Positions 60,021-64,000 of a stretch of DNA of 64,000 nucleotides are shown one piece after another. This stretch comes from an uncultured Fibrobacterota bacterium (GTDB taxonomy: Bacteria; Fibrobacterota; Chitinivibrionia; Chitinivibrionales; FEN-1185): positions 1-64,000 of the forward strand of contig CAVSQB010000009.1 in NCBI GenBank assembly GCA_963729895.1. The letters run 5' to 3'. Under the pieces are notes generated by a model. That model was not told where the DNA came from. It worked only from the letters and a program-made list of their open reading frames with translations, and did not search any database. Each line of letters begins with the position of its first letter. Within the stretch, counting starts at the first letter, position 1. Both the position numbers and the translations under genes were made by a program.

Positions 60021-62648
60021 TCATTCTTCCGTCTCTTCCCCGGCCGTCTTGCTCTTCGGCATCACCTTGCGATAGACCGCACCCGGCTTTTTCACAACAC
60101 CGCCGACCGTGAGAAGATCCCGCTCTATTTGAATATCAAACAGCCGCTCGTTTTCCTGCAGATACGGCAGTAGAAGCTTCCAGTCCTCATTCGTGAAGCG
60201 CCCGAACATGCCGCCGTTGAGCTGTTCGTTCACGAGGGTACGCTGAGGGTCGCGCAGGTAAATCGCCCCGCCCGAGGCCAGCGACAGCAGGTTGCTGCCC
60301 GGGTACGGGAGGTCGAGTCCAACAATGTCTCCGTTGTCTTCAACGCGAAGCCCATTGACAATTGCAAATCCGCCGCCCGCCAGCGGGTCGCCGGCCATGA
60401 ACGATTCCGCGAGAAAGTCCAGCGCGGTGCCATTGATCACCACCTTCGGCTTTCCCACGGCGTTGATCATAGGCCTGCCGGCCGCGTTACCCATCACGTA
60501 GATCTCTCCGCCCTTTGCGCCGTACAGGAATGTCTGGCCGACGTCTCCGTACACCACCACTTTCCCGCGCTTGGAAATCTGGCACAACTGGTCCTGCGCG
60601 TTTCCATGAACATAGGCCTCGAGCCCGTCGATGCCGGAGCCCAGATAGTCGCCCGGATTGTCGTAACAGTCGACTCGAAGTCCGTCTGTTGCGGGGCCAA
60701 AGCCCGCGGCGTGAAATCGCGTGCCGCGGGAATTGTAATGCACGATATGCCGCCATCCGAGCTTGTATGCATCAACGGCAAGGTGCGCATCGCAATCGTC
60801 GCCCTCGGCCTGGAAACCCGTTGCATCAATAAGAAGCGTTGTCTCACCTTCGTGCGGGCCGCGGAGGGATTGCCGTGTGTCAAACGTAATGCGGCGGCAC
60901 GCGCTTGCGGCTTCCCGGCCGATGCCGGGCTGCACCGAAAAGATTGTTTCCAATCCGCTTCGAAGCGCCGCAACCACCGAACTGCGTTTTTTGTCGCCCG
61001 TGGGATACCGGCGGTCGATTGCCAAGGTGAGCGCCTGGATGCCGAACGCCGGTTCGTCTTTCGCACAGCTTGCTGCAACCTGCTCCGCGCACCAGCGCAG
61101 CCGGTTGTAATCCATGGCACGGATGTTTTCGCGCAGGTACTCGAACATCATCTGCGGATTGTTGTCCTGCAGGGCCTGCGATATCGCCGCAGCATCGGCA
61201 TCTTTACTTGAAGGAACCGTCACCGGAATCGAAAAATCGCAATGCGCCTGTCCGGGCCGCGTTCCCACCTGCTGGCCGAATTTGTTGGTAACGTTCAGGG
61301 TGTAGTCCGGCGAGGTTCCGTTGTGCCCGTTGCCCGACGGGACAACGTTCAGCAGGAAAGCGCCTCCGTCCGTCGAACTGCCGCCGCGCGCGTTCCAGTA
61401 CATGTCGGCAATGGGCGAAAACCGCGAATCCTCGCGCGCCAGACTCGCCAGCGTTGCGTCGATGGCCTGCTTCTCGGAACAGATGAGCCCGATGGAGACT
61501 TTGCCTTCCTGAAGCGCAAACACCTGAGGACGCAGCATGGCCGTGTCGGTGATGCCGAGCAATTGAAATCCCATTTTATCAAGATTGCGCGCGATGATGA
61601 AAAACCACGGGCCGTCGGGCGACGCATGGATCTGCGCGGCCTGGATTTCTTTGTATACTCGCTGTTTTTCCACGGGCAGCCGGTCGAAATCGAGCTCGGT
61701 GGTGGGCGCGAGCGATTCTATGATGTATTCCACCGGATACTTGTACACGCGGTTCATGAGGTCGAACAGCATGATGGACGCTTCGGTGTCGGTCAGGAAC
61801 TGCGGGAACAGGTTGCGCTGCGCGAGATATTCGCACACCGAAAGGTAATTTGCGAAGTCGCCGTTGTGGACGAGCGCCTCGTTCATGCCGATAAACGGGT
61901 GGCAGCCGCCCGGATGCCACACGCGGCCGCGCGTGGGGTACCGCTGGTGCGCGATCCACACGTGCGCTCGCGAGTCTTCCATGCGGTAATACTGGACCAC
62001 GGCTTCGGCGTATCCCACCACCTTGAGAATAATCAGATTGCGCGCATGCGAAAGCACGAATGCGCGCTTCTCGCCGAGTGACGCGTAGAATCGGTTGTTG
62101 AGCTTGCTGGAATTCTGGAACACGAACTCGTCTTCGATCTCACGCGGCTCAAGGCCGGTCAGTTTCTTCTCGTCTGCAAACTTTGCGAGCGCATCCTGTT
62201 TTGCGCGGACAAAGTAGCGCGCCACGTCGGGCGGCTTCACCTGCAACAGCGGTACGTCGCGATAATCGCTCACCGTGGGAATGATGCCGCCCTGGTCTAT
62301 GGTGAAAAACGGCTCGATGCATTCCTTCTCAACCTCGCCTTTAGCACCGGCATCGAGGAGCGCGACCTGCAGGCAGTAATCCTCTTCGAGCACCGACCTC
62401 GACACGCCAAAATCCTCGGGCACGAGCCCGCAGGCGGCAATACCGCCGCCTTTGCCGTTGCCGCGGTTGCGCATCTGGATGCTCGGCTCGTAAATGTGCT
62501 TCCCGCGCACCGGGATGGTACAGGCGAAACCGGTAACGCCGCATCCGCCTTCGGCTTCCTGAGGTTTGCCGATCCATTCGCCGGAAGGCCGGAGGCCGTC
62601 GCGGCTGCGGATGAGGGCTTCCGCCCGGTCAAGAGACGAAACCGTCAT
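60021..62648 (-). CDS. glutamate synthase-like protein: class II amidotransferase domain fused to GXGXG beta-helix domain (GltB domains 1+3)
   Basis: GGCGV nucleophile, HQRYPT, HPF, HNGD, TDTE, DGPW, LRP; C-terminal GDYLGSG, GNAQDQ, GDVGQ, GNAAGR, SGGAIY. Confidence 0.85.
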   Translation of the reverse strand: MTVSSLDRAEALIRSRDGLRPSGEWIGKPQEAEGGCGVTGFACTIPVRGKHIYEPSIQMRNRGNGKGGGIAACGLVPEDFGVSRSVLEEDYCLQVALLDAGAKGEVEKECIEPFFTIDQGGIIPTVSDYRDVPLLQVKPPDVARYFVRAKQDALAKFADEKKLTGLEPREIEDEFVFQNSSKLNNRFYASLGEKRAFVLSHARNLIILKVVGYAEAVVQYYRMEDSRAHVWIAHQRYPTRGRVWHPGGCHPFIGMNEALVHNGDFANYLSVCEYLAQRNLFPQFLTDTEASIMLFDLMNRVYKYPVEYIIESLAPTTELDFDRLPVEKQRVYKEIQAAQIHASPDGPWFFIIARNLDKMGFQLLGITDTAMLRPQVFALQEGKVSIGLICSEKQAIDATLASLAREDSRFSPIADMYWNARGGSSTDGGAFLLNVVPSGNGHNGTSPDYTLNVTNKFGQQVGTRPGQAHCDFSIPVTVPSSKDADAAAISQALQDNNPQMMFEYLRENIRAMDYNRLRWCAEQVAASCAKDEPAFGIQALTLAIDRRYPTGDKKRSSVVAALRSGLETIFSVQPGIGREAASACRRITFDTRQSLRGPHEGETTLLIDATGFQAEGDDCDAHLAVDAYKLGWRHIVHYNSRGTRFHAAGFGPATDGLRVDCYDNPGDYLGSGIDGLEAYVHGNAQDQLCQISKRGKVVVYGDVGQTFLYGAKGGEIYVMGNAAGRPMINAVGKPKVVINGTALDFLAESFMAGDPLAGGGFAIVNGLRVEDNGDIVGLDLPYPGSNLLSLASGGAIYLRDPQRTLVNEQLNGGMFGRFTNEDWKLLLPYLQENERLFDIQIERDLLTVGGVVKKPGAVYRKVMPKSKTAGEETEE

Positions 62649-64000
62649 TTCTTCCCTCTGTCGTTTTCATAGTCAAGATGCATCAGCAGGTCCGTTCTTC
62701 CCCGCAGGGCGGTGACCGATTCGAGGCCCAGGCGGTACAGTATGTCAACCAGGCATTCCCTGAAAGCGGTATGAAGGTTCACCAGGCGCTGCGTGCACCA
62801 CTCCACGGTGAGCAATTGCAGCAACTCCGGATCGGTGGTGCAGATTCCGCGCGCGCATCCCCGGCCGCTCTCGCAGCATCCGCAGCGGATGCACCCGAGC
62901 GAGACCAGCTCGGCCGTGCCGATCACGATCCCGTCGGCGCCCATGGCGATTGCCTTGGCAATGTCCCACGGATTGCGGATTCCGCCGGAAACGATGAGCG
63001 TGATCTCGTCGCGCACGCCTTCGGCCACCAGAAACTGGTGCACGTTGCTTATTGCGTATTCGATGGGCATGGCGATGTTCTTCTTGGCGATGTTCGGGGC
63101 GGCGCCCGTGCCGCCGTAGCTGCCGTCCATGTGCACAATGTGCGCGCCGGCGCAGTACGATCCTACCGCCACCATCTCCACGTCGTTGGGCGTGGAAACT
63201 TTTGCCGAAAGCAATGCGGTCCTGTTGACATGAGCGATCCAGTCGAGGTGCTTCTTGTGGTCCTCTATCGAATACACGCTGTGGAACGGAAACGGCGAGA
63301 ACAGTGACGTGCCCACAACAGCCTCGCGCATGGCGGCAACCGCAGGCGTATTCTTGTCGCCCAGAAGATGTCCGCCCAATCCCGGCTTGGCGCCTTGCGC
63401 GTATTTGAACTCAACGATGCGCGCGCGTTGGATGGTTTCTTCGCGCACGCCGAACAGGCCTGTGGCAACCTGGGTGATCATGTAATCTTTATAGGGAATA
63501 AAACGCTCCGGATATCCGCCCTCACCCGTGCAACTGAAGGTGTTCCACGCCTTGGCCGCTCTCACTTTACCCAGCTGCGCCCGGATATTGGTTGATCCGA
63601 ACGACATGCCTCCGCCGTACCATGGAACGTCGATCTTTATCTTCGGCCTCGAATCGTTCTTCCTCTTATTAAGGAGCAATTCGGTGGAAATGTCCTCGCG
63701 CCGGAGGCCGGACGGGATCTTGTCCGGAAAAACGAACCGCAGCCTGTCGAACCCGCCTCCCGAGTTTCCAACCTGGCTTTCGAGATGCGGAGGCGGCTGC
63801 CTGCCGGTTTCGGCCATGTGCCAGTTGCTCGCCAGAAGGTCCGGTGTCCAGCGATAATCGCCGAGTGTCTTGAAAACCTGATTCTCATCGAGCGAAAGCG
63901 CATGCTGCGGGCAGGTGGTGATGCAGAACCGGCCGGTCTTTTCGCAGTCCGGGCCTACACATTTATAATCGAACGGACGGATAACCTGACGGTAGCCAGC
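62645..64000 (-). CDS. glutamate synthase FMN-binding domain protein (GltB domain 2) with N-terminal Fe-S region, 5'-truncated by the window
   Basis: Frame open to the window end (CVGPDCEKTGRFCITTCP); GGMSFGS, TGEGG, AQGAKPGLGGHL, GGTGAAP, SGGIR, CIRCGCCESGRGCARGI. Confidence 0.88.
   Translation of the reverse strand, partial: AGYRQVIRPFDYKCVGPDCEKTGRFCITTCPQHALSLDENQVFKTLGDYRWTPDLLASNWHMAETGRQPPPHLESQVGNSGGGFDRLRFVFPDKIPSGLRREDISTELLLNKRKNDSRPKIKIDVPWYGGGMSFGSTNIRAQLGKVRAAKAWNTFSCTGEGGYPERFIPYKDYMITQVATGLFGVREETIQRARIVEFKYAQGAKPGLGGHLLGDKNTPAVAAMREAVVGTSLFSPFPFHSVYSIEDHKKHLDWIAHVNRTALLSAKVSTPNDVEMVAVGSYCAGAHIVHMDGSYGGTGAAPNIAKKNIAMPIEYAISNVHQFLVAEGVRDEITLIVSGGIRNPWDIAKAIAMGADGIVIGTAELVSLGCIRCGCCESGRGCARGICTTDPELLQLLTVEWCTQRLVNLHTAFRECLVDILYRLGLESVTALRGRTDLLMHLDYENDRGKK

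Overview
GC-rich (roughly 55-60%) chromosomal window of an anaerobic diderm bacterium. The secreted GH2 with a C-terminal sorting-like domain and the repeat types suggest a Fibrobacterota/Chitinivibrionia-like host, but that is inference only. Left third: purF, pyrG (with a complete IS4-family element and 9-bp target duplication 40 bp upstream), carAB with a candidate attenuator leader, NfnAB transhydrogenase, a GH2, and a Lol-like ABC/outer-membrane operon. Right two-thirds is a large redox island. It holds rex1, a histidine kinase, hydC, a hydB/GltD fusion, hydA and a receiver; a TM1266-aspA-hydF-hydG-hydE maturation operon with a Rex box and a terminator-containing leader; rex2; and an approx. 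18.5-kb minus-strand operon (split glutamate synthase, HdrA'-NuoE, NuoF, NuoG-'HdrA, MvhD, MetV, HdrC, HdrA, FlxDCBA). Most striking observations: (1) small genes (a GxxExxY nuclease-like gene and a four-helix-bundle gene) sit inside operons between inverted arms of short tandem repeats, and gene-less 'empty' copies of the same arms occur at other gene junctions, suggesting an autonomous/non-autonomous mobile element system; (2) an hdrA gene is split in two by an inserted nuoEFG-like module, in an operon lacking HdrB and MetF but headed by glutamate synthase subunits; (3) several structure-conserved, partly nested palindromic repeats; (4) two candidate cis-regulatory RNA leaders. No rRNA, tRNA or CRISPR array was seen. 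All family calls come from motif recognition by eye, not database searches.
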